Source: the human T2T-CHM13v2.0 reference genome, Homo sapiens. Taken from it: a DNA stretch of 64,000 bases. Made by a program: the position numbers and the translations under genes. Below the pieces are notes generated by a model. The model saw only the letters and a list, made by a program, of their open reading frames with translations, was not told where the DNA came from and did not search any database. The stretch's first letter is position 1; the number at the start of each line of letters is the position of its first letter. The stretch lies in the NCBI RefSeq assembly GCF_009914755.1, contig NC_060932.1; one strand, given 5' to 3'. Positions 1-13,149 of the stretch are shown in pieces.

Positions 1-79
1 CTCCATGTTGGTCAGGCTGGTCTCGAACTCCCAACCTCAGGTGATCCACCCGCCTCGGCCTCCCAAAGTGCTGGGATTA
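1..79 (-). mobile_element. AluS (Sp-like) left-arm fragment cut by the window edge
   Basis: ctccatgttggtcaggctggtctcgaactcc...cctcccaaagtgctgggatta. Confidence 0.9.
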
Positions 80-166
80 AAGCCTGAGAACACACAAACA
101 GAAAAGGCTGGGAGGAAGTTAGATATAACATGCAGGAGGTCCACAGTTTTAGACCAGAACTTCTGC

Positions 167-295
167 TAGGGTAACTATGTATATTATCATCTAAACAGGA
201 AAATTTTTAGAATAAAATAAATTATTACTAAGTAAGTCAAGACAATACTCATGAAATAGGATTGTTTCAGGCCATCCAAGACATGTGGTCATTTA
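167..295. mobile_element. MER81-like hAT-Blackjack MITE relic
   Basis: Degenerate termini tagggtaactat ... atgtggtcattta and internal similarity to the remembered MER81 consensus. Confidence 0.55.
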
Positions 296-376
296 TTTAA
301 AAGTGGGATGGGTGGGAAACTGCTATTTACTTAACCTCAAACTCTTCACTTTCCCGAAGGCCTTTGTAAAATATCA

Positions 377-849
<473 letters not shown>

Positions 850-859
850 AAAAAACCCA

Positions 860-2766
860 GCAACATTGACAACTCTTAGCTAGTCTGTTTATGAAAAAGA
901 AGACTACAGTACTAAAATCTGGAATGAAAGAGGTGACAGTAATACTGACTTTACAGAAATAAACAGAATTAGAGGAAACCACATACCGTATGCAAAAATT
1001 AACACAAAATGAATCAGACCTAAATGTAAGAACTAAAATTATAAAACTCTTAGAAGAAAACATAGGAGTAATTTTTTGTGATCTTAGATGAAATGAAAAC
1101 ATATGTCCAACACAATAACTTGTACATGTGATAGCAACATTATTTGTAGTAGCTAAAAGGCAGAAGCAACCTGTATCCATCAACTAATGAATAGATAAAT
1201 AAAAGTGTAGTGCACCATGCAGTAGAATATTACTTGACCATAAAAAAGCAATAAGGTACATGTTATAACATGGATGAGCCCTGTAAACATTGTACAAAGG
1301 GAAAGAAGCTAGTCATTAAAGACTATATACTATATGGCTGCATTTATTTGAATTGTCTACAATAAGCAAGGCCATAGAGACAAAAAGTAGATTTCTGGTT
1401 ACCTCAGGGTCACAGGAAGTAGGGGAGGTGGAGTAGTAGGGGAAGTGCCTGCTAATGGGTATGGGGTTTCTTTGGAAGGGGTGATAAAATGTTCTAAAAT
1501 TGATTGTAGTGATGGTTGTATAACTCTAAATATACAAAAAGCACATTTATATATCCACTTTAAGTAGATGAATTATTATCTCAAAGCATATATTGAAAAA
1601 TTATATCAAGGGTAACAAGTTTGCGAGGATGCGGAGAAAAAGGAACTCTTATGCGTTGTTGGTGGGAATGTAAATGCATCCAGCCATTATGGAAAAAAGT
1701 ATGGAAGTTCCTAAAATAAACTAAAAATAGAACTATCATGTGATCCATTTCTGAGTATATACCCAAAGGAACTGAAATCAATATGCCAAAGAAATATCTG
1801 CACTCCCATATTCATTGCTGCATTATTCACAATAGCTAGGAGTCAACCTAAGTGTTTATCAGCAGATGAATGGATAAAGAAAATGTGGTATATGTCAACA
1901 ATGGAATACTATTCAGCCTTAAAAAGAGGGGAAAATTCTGTCTTTTGTGATAACATGGATGAATCTTGAGGACGTTATGCTAAGTGAAATAAGTCAGGCA
2001 CAGACAAATACTGCTCGATCTCACATGTGAAATCTAAAAAAGTTGAACTCACAGAAGTAGAAAGTAGAATGATTGATTACCCCAGGCTAGAGGGTAGGGG
2101 AAAGGAGGGGATGGGGAGTTGTTGATCAAAGAGTACAGACTTTCAGATAGACAAGAGGCATAAGTTTTGAGAATCTATTGGATAACAGGGTGACTGTGGT
2201 CAATAATAATGTATTATATATTTCAAAATAACTAAGAGACTAAATTTCAAATGTATCACCATAAAAAAATAGGTACTCCAGCCTGGGCAACAGAGCCAGA
2301 CCCTGTCTCAAAAAAAAGATAAATAAGCAAGATGATAAGATGGTGGATATGTTAATTAGCTTGATTTAATCATGCCACATTTTATTTTATTTTTATTTTA
2401 TTTATTTATTTATTTGAGGTGGAATCTCGCTCTGTCTCCCAGGCTAGAGGGCAGTGGTGCAATCTCAGCTCACTGCAACCTCCACCTCCCAAGTAGCTGA
2501 GATTACAGGGGCACACCACCACGCCCAGCTAATTTTTGTATTTTTGGTAGAGATGGGGTTTCACCATGTTGGCCAGGCTGGCCTTGAACTCCTGACCTCA
2601 TGTGATCTGCCTGCCTCAGCCTCCCCAAGTGCTGGGATTACAGGTGTGAGCCACCGTGCCTGACCTAATTATGCCACATTTTGTACAAATATCAAAACGT
2701 CACACTGTACCTCATAAATGTATATAGTTATGATTTGTCAATCAAAAATAATACTAATTTAAAAAT
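860..2766 (+). mobile_element. Old L1M 3'-end fragments (L1MB/MC-like 860-1575; L1MA-like 1610-2766)
   Basis: L1 3' motifs such as gatgaatggataaagaaaatgtggtata and aacatggatgaatcttgaggacgttatgctaagtgaaataag. Confidence 0.8.
2384..2665 (-). mobile_element. AluS with internal deletion, inserted in L1MA
   Basis: TSD taat(c/t)atgccacatttt at 2367-2383 and 2666-2682; right arm collapsed between two cctccc microhomologies. Confidence 0.9.
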
Positions 2767-3464
2767 TACATCAAGGGGCAGTTGACCTGTAGCATGGGCT
2801 GTGTTGCCCTCAAATTACATGCACACATATGCATTATACAGTTGTTCTGTGGCAACTTTGCTTTTATATGTTTTACAGATTGTGCATCCCCTCTCTCCTA
2901 CGCACCCCTCAACCACTGTTCCATTAACCCATAAGACGTTCTTTGAAGAAAGTGTACTGTGGCAGAAAAGTAGTTTGAAAATCTCTGGAAACAATGAGAT
3001 CCAGAACCTCCTCCAGCTCTAACAAGTCATGATTCTGATGCATTGAATTTAGAATATGAACTTGGCCTAGATTACTCCATTTTAACTCCGTGTCGACTAA
3101 AGGAAAGCTGTGAACAAAGTCAGTTTTTTCCCACATAGCTGCACACAGGTGTGACTTAGTGGAAACTGTGGAACTCAGCCAGATCTTTAGCTCCCTAGTG
3201 CAGTGCTCTATCTCCAAGCCCTACTTCCTGTTCTTGAATTCAGTGATTTGCTAAAATAGAGACACCTGGTTCCAGCACCTTGCAAATGGATTTTTCCTTT
3301 CAGCATTTTAAAGTACATTCATGTATTGATGAAGAGCTTTCTCTGGAAAGCCATCTGTCTGAAATCTGCAGGAAAAAAAAAATCTCCCTAGCTGTCTTAG
3401 ATATTCATAATGGTATGTGTTGCTTCACTCCTCTACTCCTGCCTCCTGTTCCCTTTTCCTCATG

Positions 3465-4230
3465 TTTTCATTCATTTTACAAAACAAATATTTATGAAGC
3501 ACCTAGTATGTGCCCAACACTACATATGTAGCAGTGGACAAGACTAATTAGTCCCTACAATTAAGGATATTGCCATCTAGTAAGGAAACATGTGGACAAC
3601 CACAACAACAAAAACTTTAAAGATTTTTGAGTCATGGTTAAGAGCTATGAAAGAAATAAGGTTCCGAGACAAACTATGTAGGATGTGATTTTAAAATGAA
3701 CTCCAGAGTTATATTGCCAGTGTTCAAATTCCAGTTTCACCATTTACTAGCTATGTGTTTTTTTTTTTTTAAGGGGGCAGACAGGATCTCGCTTTGTCAC
3801 CTAGGCTGGAGTGCAGTGGCGTGATCATGGTTCACTGCAACCTTAGACTCCTAAGCTCAAGCTATCCTCCCAAGTAGCTGGGATTACAAGCATGCATCTC
3901 CATGCCAGCTAATTTTTTTTATTTTTTGTAGTGACGGGATCATGCTATGTTGTACAGGCTGATCTCAAACTCCTGGCTCAGGAAGTCCTCCCATGTCAGC
4001 CTCCCAAAGATCTGGTATTATAGGCATGAGCCACTATGCCCAGCCTAGCTGTATGATTTTGAGCAAGTTGCTTAACTTCTCTGGGCCTCAATCTTTTTGC
4101 CTTAAAATGGGGATAATAATAGAAACTTCTTTAGTAGAGTTGTTCTGAGGATTAAATGAGTTGATGTACATGGTGCACATAGAAAAGTTCCTGGAGCATA
4201 CTGTGCATCCAGTAAGTGTTACCTATATGT
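3465..4230. mobile_element. L2 3' end (~3465-3660) and MIR (~3695-4230) split by an antisense AluJ (3758-4045)
   Basis: L2-type ttcattcatt...tatttatgaagcacctagtatgtgcc; MIR core ctctgggcctcaatc...aaaatggggataataata; Alu motifs. Confidence 0.75.
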
Positions 4231-4969
4231 TGGCATTGTTGCTTTAAAGAATATCAGGGAATCAACTAATTAGGTTAGCATTGTTATCATCTTAATCACC
4301 ATCATCATTGCCATCTACAGATACTTATCTTGCCACATTTATGTGCATTGTGCCCAAGATTTACAGAAGTGGATATAACATGCTCTTGGACTCAAGAAGC
4401 TTACAATATAGAGTGTAAGGATTAAAAGAAAATTGCAGTATATATACTAAGTGCTAGATAAGTGATAGAGACAGCTTGTTCTACAGCATTGTAGGGAAGA
4501 GAGCAGTTATTGTGGGCTCATAAAGAGAAGGCCTCTCGGAGGAAAATGGACTCTTATGAGGGAGAGCATTCTAGGCTGAAAGAACAGCACAAGTGAGGAT
4601 TTGGACATAGGAAGGTGAATGTGAAGTTCCAGAATGGAGACTTTGAATAGAGGAGCAGTGAGGTGTGGGTTAAAGAGGAGGCCCCAGCATTCTGGTTAAA
4701 ATTATTTAGTAAACAGTAATCTGCCATGTCCAGATTCTGAGGTGGAGTAATCAAATAAGATTTCTCTAATTCACCTGAGGCCTACTAGTTTACATATTGC
4801 CTTATTTCAGGTTCCCATAATTGTCATCTAGTTGATTGCTTTCCAACTGGTGTTGCTACCTGCAGTCTCTAGTCACCTACTCCCCTCTGCACATTTTTAT
4901 CGCATTAATTTTTCTCAAACATCCTTTTGTCACTGACTTGCTTGAAAAGTTCTTAGAGTTCTCCATTGT

Positions 4970-5150
4970 GCATAGCGGTGTTTCTGAAACATTAACGTGC
5001 ATAAGAATTACTGGGAGTTCATTGTAGGTGCAGATCACTAAGTCCCACCTTCAGGTCACATGCTTATGACATGGTGCCTGAGAATCTCTATTTAAACAAG
5101 TGCCCTAAATGATTCTGATTCAGGTGCTCAAGAGTCACTGCTTTGAAGAC
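4970..5150. mobile_element. MER5-type hAT-Charlie MITE
   Basis: tttaaacaagtgccctaaatgattctgat motif typical of MER5. Confidence 0.6.
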
Positions 5151-5554
5151 AGGCCTAAAATGAGGAGTGCAAGTCTCTTAACCTGCCACCCAGAGTCTTG
5201 CTTTATCTTGCCTTTTCAACCACATCTTCTGTTGTTCTGATTAATAAACCTTTTATTTGAGCCAAATGGGACATTTTCTTTTCCATACACTTACTTTTTC
5301 CTTACAGTTATGCTCTTTTTTCATCTTTTGTGTCTTTTTTGTGTGTTTCCCTAAGCCTCATTGTCTCTACTGCCATTTCAACAAGTCCAAATCCTGGCTT
5401 CTTTCTGTCCTGGTTTAGGTATGTCCAGAAAGCATCTTTAGTAAATGAGTACATCTCTAACCTAGAAGGTAGGCTCCAATTTTAACTCATCCTTTTATCT
5501 ACTCCCCTACCCAGGAATCTAATGAGCACCTTGCAAATGATTCCCTTCATTTGT

Positions 5555-6854
5555 CCCTCCCTCCCTCCCTCCCTCCTTCTTTCCTTCCTTCCTTCCGTAA
5601 AGATTTACTGAGCACCTACTGCTTACCAATGAACTGTTCTAGGTGCTAGGTGATAATGTAGGGGAAAAAAAAAACACTCTCAAATTCTGTTTTCATGGAC
5701 CTTACATTCTCATTGGGCAACTGTTTATAAGTAAATATTGAAAGTGTTCTGAGAGTAATCTGGCAGTGCTATATGGGATATATTAGGAATGGGAGAGACC
5801 TGTGAAAGAAATTAACTAAGGAACTCTTGCAAGTGGCCTTTAGACAGTGGAAAGGGTCAGTGAGAAAGTAAAAAGGAAACAGCAAGAGTAATTAGTGAAA
5901 TGAAGGAATGACCAATAGTATTTGATGGGGGCCACAAAAGTTTATTTAATAGTTGAGCTTTTGAGAAGAAAAAAATGTAAAATGGATAGGTGATGTTTTT
6001 GGTAAAAGACATTAAAAATGTTATGATGCATTAGATATGTTGTTTATGATGTTGATAATGGGGCATCCAAATGCTTAGTAGCAATTAGAAATACAGAGGT
6101 ATTATAAGAGGCCAGGCCTCTCTCTCCTTTTCCCCTTCTCCAATTTATCTCAAAAATCTTATGTCTGTCTTGTTGTTCCAGGTCCAAAATTTCTTCCCAA
6201 GAATTTGTGTCTCATTCAATTGGTTTTTCTGGGAATCATGGCATGACTTCATGTCTTAGCCCCATTTCTCTGATTGCCAAATGTTTGTCTATAAAGAGGA
6301 CTAGGTCCAACCCTAGAACATTGTCTCTAATCATAGCCTTCCTTTGAATGGTTCTCGGCTGATTAATGGTTTGGCTTGTGGGAGGAACTAGGAAGACAAC
6401 ATAATTGAACTAGAGATTCCTTTAAAATTGGGTACAGTCGTGAGTGTCATGCCCCTATGGGAATATCACTGTGGTCATTTATGATTCTTAGCAAAATAGG
6501 CAAAGTTTGGAAAAGCAAATTGTAAAAGCTTTGGCATAACACATAGACAGGTTGGAAAGCTGCTTGTAATCATCTGGAAAATCATTTTTTTCCATTCTTG
6601 CAGTTGCTCTGACTAAAAAAAACTCAAATTGTTCCTGACTCCTGTCTTTCTCTCATAATACTAAACATCCAGTCTATCAGCAAATATGGTGTGTGTGTGG
6701 GTGTGTGTTTTATATATACATATATATATTTTATTGGCTGGCTTCCCCCTAGAATGTAAACTTCATGAAGGTAAAAGCTTGGTTTTTTTATATCCTTAGC
6801 TAGTGCCTAGAACATAGTAGATGCTCAATAGCAATTTGATGAATGAATGAATGA
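5555..6854. mobile_element. (CCCT)n(CCTT)n tract plus L2 fragments (~5597-6110 and 3' end ~6730-6854)
   Basis: atttactgagcacctact...; tagtgcctagaacatagtagatgctcaata...gaatgaatgaatga L2 tail. Confidence 0.7.
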
Positions 6855-8788
6855 TGTGAAATTAAATTTTATTTCACATTTTGCTAATTAGTTTTGACAT
6901 TAGCTCTATCTTCAAGAAGCTTGGGAAATATTTTATCCCAATAAATTATTCTAGCTAAAGCCCAGCAGCACAATATTATTTGGTAATATTATTAACCAAA
7001 TAATATTATCTTAATGTAAGAAAAAGTAGAAACTTTATTTCTTAACTAGAGAAATGTCAGAAAGTTTTAAAGTCTAAGAACACTCTTTAATGGTGCTAAT
7101 TTGGTAATAGTGTTGTGAATGTGATATTCTAAAATTTAGCCTTAAAAGACATCCTAATAAGATCAGCTGGTAATCATACACCAGGTATGATTAAAATTTA
7201 CTTTTTAATTCATAGTTTTTAAAGAAAGTTTTCTTAGCAGTTTGGAGACTGGATTACTACTTTAATGTTTGAAAAGATGATGCTTGATATTTGAGAGGAA
7301 GAATGTCTTCTTTTTAACCTTTAAACTTTATTCAAGCAGTTCCATATGACCAAAAATATCCAAGCTTAATGTATACATTAGATTACCTTCATTAATATAC
7401 AGAAAGTTGCTTTCTTAGAACAGCAAGAATGACTTGTGACATATCAGCATATTAAAATTTACTGGTGCTATGGGGCTAGCTGACCAGAGATATTGTTAGG
7501 AATTTTTACCTGATTTAGAGAATACTTTGAATTTCCAAGGATTGAAGGAAGAGGTTATGATCAAAGCATTTGTGTGGAAGGTCATTTTGGTGTAGTGATT
7601 ATTTTTATGGAGTAGCAGAGAAGAACAAAGTATTTGTAATGGAAAAGAAGAATTGGCTGCAGGGCATAAACAAATATTTCTCTCTAACATCTTAGCCATT
7701 GCATTTCAAGTCTGTTGCATCATTACTTTTTAAGGTATTGATAACATATGACAGAGAGAGAATATATGGCTTTAGTTCAGTTTAAATATGATCTATACAA
7801 AGTAAAGGGTGGCTAATACAAGTTTGCAAATGACTTTCCATTCTGTTGGGTCTTGATGGATTTCCATAAAATTAGTTAGGTAGTAGAGAATATTGAGACT
7901 TGGGTTTACTTTGAAGAGAATCTAGCATTAATTACACCAGGTTTTTTAAATTAAATAGAATAAGTAATAATGAAAATCAAGTCAAATATTTCTATCTGGC
8001 AATGAAAACCAGCTACTGGATGAAGTTAATTGCTTGACCATTTTCATCACTTTCTCAACTTGTACTGAATATTGGGGGTAAATTAGTTTTAAAAGCATGT
8101 CTTTTTCTTGCTTCATTTCCATGAATCCTACATAATTTCTTTAAAGGGATATGTATGATTTAGGGGATAAAGTAATCAAATAAGGATTTGTATGTATTTC
8201 ATCAATAGAAATTTCTCCAAGTTCAACTATAGTTTTCTTATCAAAAAATTACATTCACAGTTGCAAGGCAGAGGCCCACTGGAATAGTTAATAAGCACAG
8301 TCGACTTCTATATTGCTGCAGAAACTAAATACAAACTTTTCTGTGACTTACATATAGGCTCGGTAAACTTTCATCTGCTTCAGGGTCAGGGCTGATTCAA
8401 TCTTAAAGCAAGTTTATGAGAGTGGCTGATGTGATACAGTTGTTTCTGGTAAAATCAGACTAGCTCTAAGGAGCCAATCTAAGTCAGTCTCTGAGTCAAA
8501 TTCTATGAAAAACAGACTCCAACTCAGACACAATTGTAAACCCTAATATAATGAGGACTTGCAGCTGATTTAATCCTATTGAAAATCTTTAAGCAGCTAT
8601 GGGACAAAATGGTTTCCACATTGACATCAGTGGAATGAACCTTGGATTTCATCAGTCTGAAGAGTAGTTACCCTGTACACACAGTAGCCACTTTGTAAGA
8701 ATTAACATCATGGCCATTTCAAAGCAGGTTGTTGTTTCTTATGTAGAGGCATCTGTTTTGATTAAGGTCCAAGTTGCCAGAATGTGTC

Positions 8789-8790
<2 letters not shown>

Positions 8791-8836
<46 letters not shown>
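8791..8836 (+). repeat. (GT)23 microsatellite
   Basis: Directly visible. Confidence 0.98.
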
Positions 8837-8843
<7 letters not shown>

Positions 8844-11800
8844 TTAACTGAATTCATTACAAAAAGCAAACAAGTCAAACTTAAACTCAGAGCCTAGTAT
8901 AAATCAATTAGATCCAGTCTCCTTGAACAAAAATGACCAACCTATTCCTATTCACTATATATGTGAGCAACATAGAGAAAGAACGGAACAGAGAATGAGA
9001 ACTGTTTTTGAGTTAAACTATATGCAAAGTTTTGCCTGGAACTAATTATTTTTTTCATGAACTTAGAAGTCCCTGAAAATAAGCTTATGCTGTGAAATCA
9101 TATATGTATAAAGGGACAAACACACACAAAAGTCTAAAGGTCAACACTGCAGATAAAATCTCAACAGGAAGGTTTTGAACTTACCTATGTGCCCATGTTG
9201 GTAGGTGGATACATATACTTTTTTTTTAGTTTATCATATTGAAATAGGCACTGATAATGATCTAGGTGTTATAGTCAGTTTAGCACTAGTCTTAGTTCCT
9301 TTTCATAATTTACAACTTAAATTAGAACAATAGACCAAACACAGACTGCAGTAAAACACAACCTTGACTGAACTATCTGCATGCTGCTTTTATTGCAGTT
9401 AGCACTTAGCAGGCAGTAGTGGCCTCATACTGTTACTTCAAAGAGCCGGAAAAGTAACTTCATGAAAGGGAAAACTTGAAACTGTAGTACTCTTTATCTT
9501 TCTGTCTGTTAAGCAGTGATGGGTATCATTAGTTCTGCTGTTTTGCATAATTACTGCAGTATTGTGAAAAACATTTTTGCCATTCAACTGGGAACAATTA
9601 TATTATTTGAGATCTTGTATAGCATTTAGTTTTAGAGAAATAAAAGATAAAAAGCCCTTGTTTTCTAGCTCTGGGTATCTGTAGTAAGGTAGTGCATACA
9701 GTGCTTGTTCAAGTTTGTTTATTTTTTTCATTAAAAATAACATTAATTGGTGACACTAAAGGAGACATTTCATATTGAAGTCAATTCTTTTTGATGTGTT
9801 TTTGTTTAATGTGCTTGCTAAGATAAATTTCATCTAGCACATCACTGAGTTGAGATGGTAATTCATTAATAAAATGATAAAGGTTTATGAACCATAATAT
9901 GGACATCATTGAAATTTTGAGACTTAAAAATATATTCTTATTGTTGTCTAGATTAAATTAATACAATTTTCTATTTATATAAAGCTTCCAGTGTAGATTA
10001 TCTCTGTTAAAAGCATGCGACAGCCTCTCCCAACCACCCCACCCTACCTCATCCCACAAACTTCTAAAGCATAGAGCTAGAAGTATGTTTGCAAATGTTT
10101 ACACAATGAGGTGCATAACTTTTTCAAGTTTGTAAAAATTCTCCTTTGTAATCTCAGTATGTGAAACCATTAAAATACTGTAAGTTTTTTTACTGTATTT
10201 GTTAGATAAGATGTTAACTTTTTGGAAAATACTACTACATTATAGCAAGGGCGGTAAAATTAGGATGAAGATCACAGTTATATATAGATGTGATTGTCAC
10301 TTTGATTCTGTGGTTTTACACTTGACTTTTTATAATTTATAAGATATGAAATATAATCTCATAATTGGCAAAATATATTTTGATCAAGGAAAAGGTATGA
10401 CTGTTGCCTGTTGGAAATATTACTTCAGCACGGCTATTATATAACCATAATTATGATAGGAAGTTAGAAGAAATTTTGGATATGCATATGTTTGGTATAT
10501 AGTAAGTTTTCTTACAAAGACAAAAAGATTAAAAGACATAATTTTAATTAAAAGCCTGGAATAGATGCTGAATTTCCTTTTCTTGTCAGCCATCAAAACA
10601 AAAATTGTATTTGTTTTTGTCCTTAATAATTCTCAAAAGGTTGGTTTCCACAGGTTTTTCTTTAAAATTTTAAGCATCCATTTATTTGCAACATTTTTAT
10701 TAATGAGCTGACATTTGAATATGTTCATAAAAATGTTGATATGGCTGAACAAGAAGTTTCAATCAAGCTTCCCCAAAATGCTACTGAAGAACATCTAATT
10801 AATATAACCCAAAATTAGTTTAATGCATTCCTTGGTATTGTTGCATTATTCAAATGTGGTTTTATTTACTACTCCTGAGACACTATGGCTCTTAACCAAA
10901 CTCCAGAGTGAGCTGGTAAACTTACCTATCTTAATACATTGAAAAGAGGAATTAGCTACAGTTGGTTAGCTACCAGTACGGCTTTCAGCACCTTCTCCAT
11001 GGTGGCTAGTATCTGTACCGTATACAGCTGTGAAAGGATGGGAAAATGCACTGAAATGATCTAAGAAGTAAACTATCAACTTGACATGTTTTCCTAGCTA
11101 TTGAAAACTGTCTCATATTGAAACCCGTTGATAGTGAAACTGTAGAATTCCACTGATTTAAGTACCATCTGGTTGTGCTCAAGGCTTTAAAGCTGTTATC
11201 TCTGCATAAAATTTCAGAGTCCTATACTTTTTTCTTCACCAAACTATCCATTTTTAAGCCACAAATATTTTTCCAGCTCTCTCAGATTTTATCTAAAAGT
11301 ATATTTTAACAGCATTTAAATAGTTCTTAAACAATAACAATTTATCTTGATAGATGGCATGCTGTATTTTTTCATTTTATTTTAATTAGCCATTGTGGAA
11401 CTAAATTCCCTTTTGTTTTAGTCTTTTGAATATTAATTATCATTATCATGCCAGATATCTTAAAGGTTATTTTACCAATACAGTTCCATTTAACATAACC
11501 CATATGGAATCAATATCCCAGTTTCCTAAAGTGAATGCTTGGAAAATCTTACATTCATATGTTAAGAGTACACATCCTTTCCTCATTAGTTGGAAAGTAC
11601 AGGGATTTTGGCACAGGTTCTGTGTGGAAGCATTGTGCAGCTTTTATATGGATTTTGTTTTTAGCCTTTGATGACACTGTTTAGAATAGGAAGTATCTAA
11701 TAAGTAAAGCATTTTGTCTCAAGTGCTGCCAGTGTGTTTAATATATGCCTGGAGGTCTGAAACATTATCTTCTTCGATACAGTAATATGCATTTAATTCT

Positions 11801-12454
11801 CTGAAAGCAGAAGGTCGAACTTTTGAAAGGGACGCAAAGTACATTTTCAAACAGAATAATTCAAAACATATGGAACAGAGGACCTAAGTAATGTACAGTT
11901 GGTTTTTATGGCTTAATCATGATCATGTTAATGCACACCAGTAGCTAATTAAAGAAAACTTTTATTGTTCATCTTAAATAAGTTAGGTAAAGAGTGGGAG
12001 AGCTGATGTAACAGCACTGCCCAGAGATACATGTTTCTGCTGCACCAACAGCAAGCAGATACTGCTATTTTTGACAACTTAAATTATTAGTCCCCTTGGA
12101 CAATAATAAAGCACAAGTTACTTTCAGAGTTATTATATTGTGAACTCTTCGTTTTCCACAAAGGAATAGTAAATTGATGCCCAAGTTTAGGGCCCAGCAC
12201 ACATAATTAATTATAAAACTTTTCTTAATAGTGGACCAGATACCCTTCAATATAGTAAATCTGCAGTGGACTGGTGACAAACCAGTGGATTTTTAAATAT
12301 GTCTCAAAATCATCAGCTTGTTTACTTCAGTGCTACAGATAGTTTAGAGGCTTAAAAAAAATGGAGGAAATCCTGGCTTTTAACCCAGTTTTAGGAATTT
12401 AGTTTTCTAGTACTGGGTAAGTTGTACTTTTTCTTTTCCTTCCAATGAAAGCCA

Positions 12455-12696
12455 GAGTCTTTCATCTCTAGGTCATTGGTTCAAATTCCATTCTGCTCAG
12501 TAGTGATTAGAATTAGTTACCATCTGACTTCTGTTCAGTAACCTTTGTGACCTGAGCTGATAGCTGCCATCCTGCCACTGCTGGTTATTTATAGCTCAAG
12601 ATCACACCACTTGACATTTGCTGGAGACTAATGTAGCAGTCTCAGCACATAATATAGGCTGGATGCTAAATTTCTTTACCTTTCTCTACAGGTGGT
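12455..12696 (+). mobile_element. Probable LF-SINE relic (ancient SINE)
   Basis: gagtctttcatctctaggtcattggttcaaattcc...tcagtagtga...ttaccatctga...ctgttcagt..cctttgtga..tgag, then gcagtctcagca and ctctacaggtggt, colinear with the remembered LF-SINE consensus. Confidence 0.75.
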
Positions 12697-13149
12697 TTGT
12701 TGTTTTATGTTAACACCTATGGGAACACTTAATCCACTTTAAAGAGGGAGAGAGTAGATTTTAAGTATAAATCTGTAAATCAGAAGTAAAAAATGCTCTA
12801 TGCCTAGAAACTATAGTTTCATTTAGTTAATTGTGGTTGACTTTCCTGAGTCAAAGAATGAAAATAGCTTATAAAGCTTGAGTTCTTGATTGGAGTTTGC
12901 CATGGAACTCAACCTAAAGGATTTTTTAGTTATACTGTATTTAGATATTTAGTTTGTAATGCCTCAAAATATGCTTGATTTCACATTTGACTACTTAAGT
13001 ACTTGATTTCATCACTTTTCACATGTTATGTGAGAATTCCTAGTTGGTAATATATTTGGAGGTTTATTTGAAATTTTCATAATAAGGATAACTAAAATGA
13101 AACTTATTTTGATAACAATTATCTTTATCTTACTGAATTTTTAAATATG

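Noticed and set aside
2879-3022. Strong-looking acceptor (ttttatatgttttacag) followed by 47 open codons as an extra exon
   Set aside because: No convincing donor before the stop, and the peptide is not recognisable as VPS13B.
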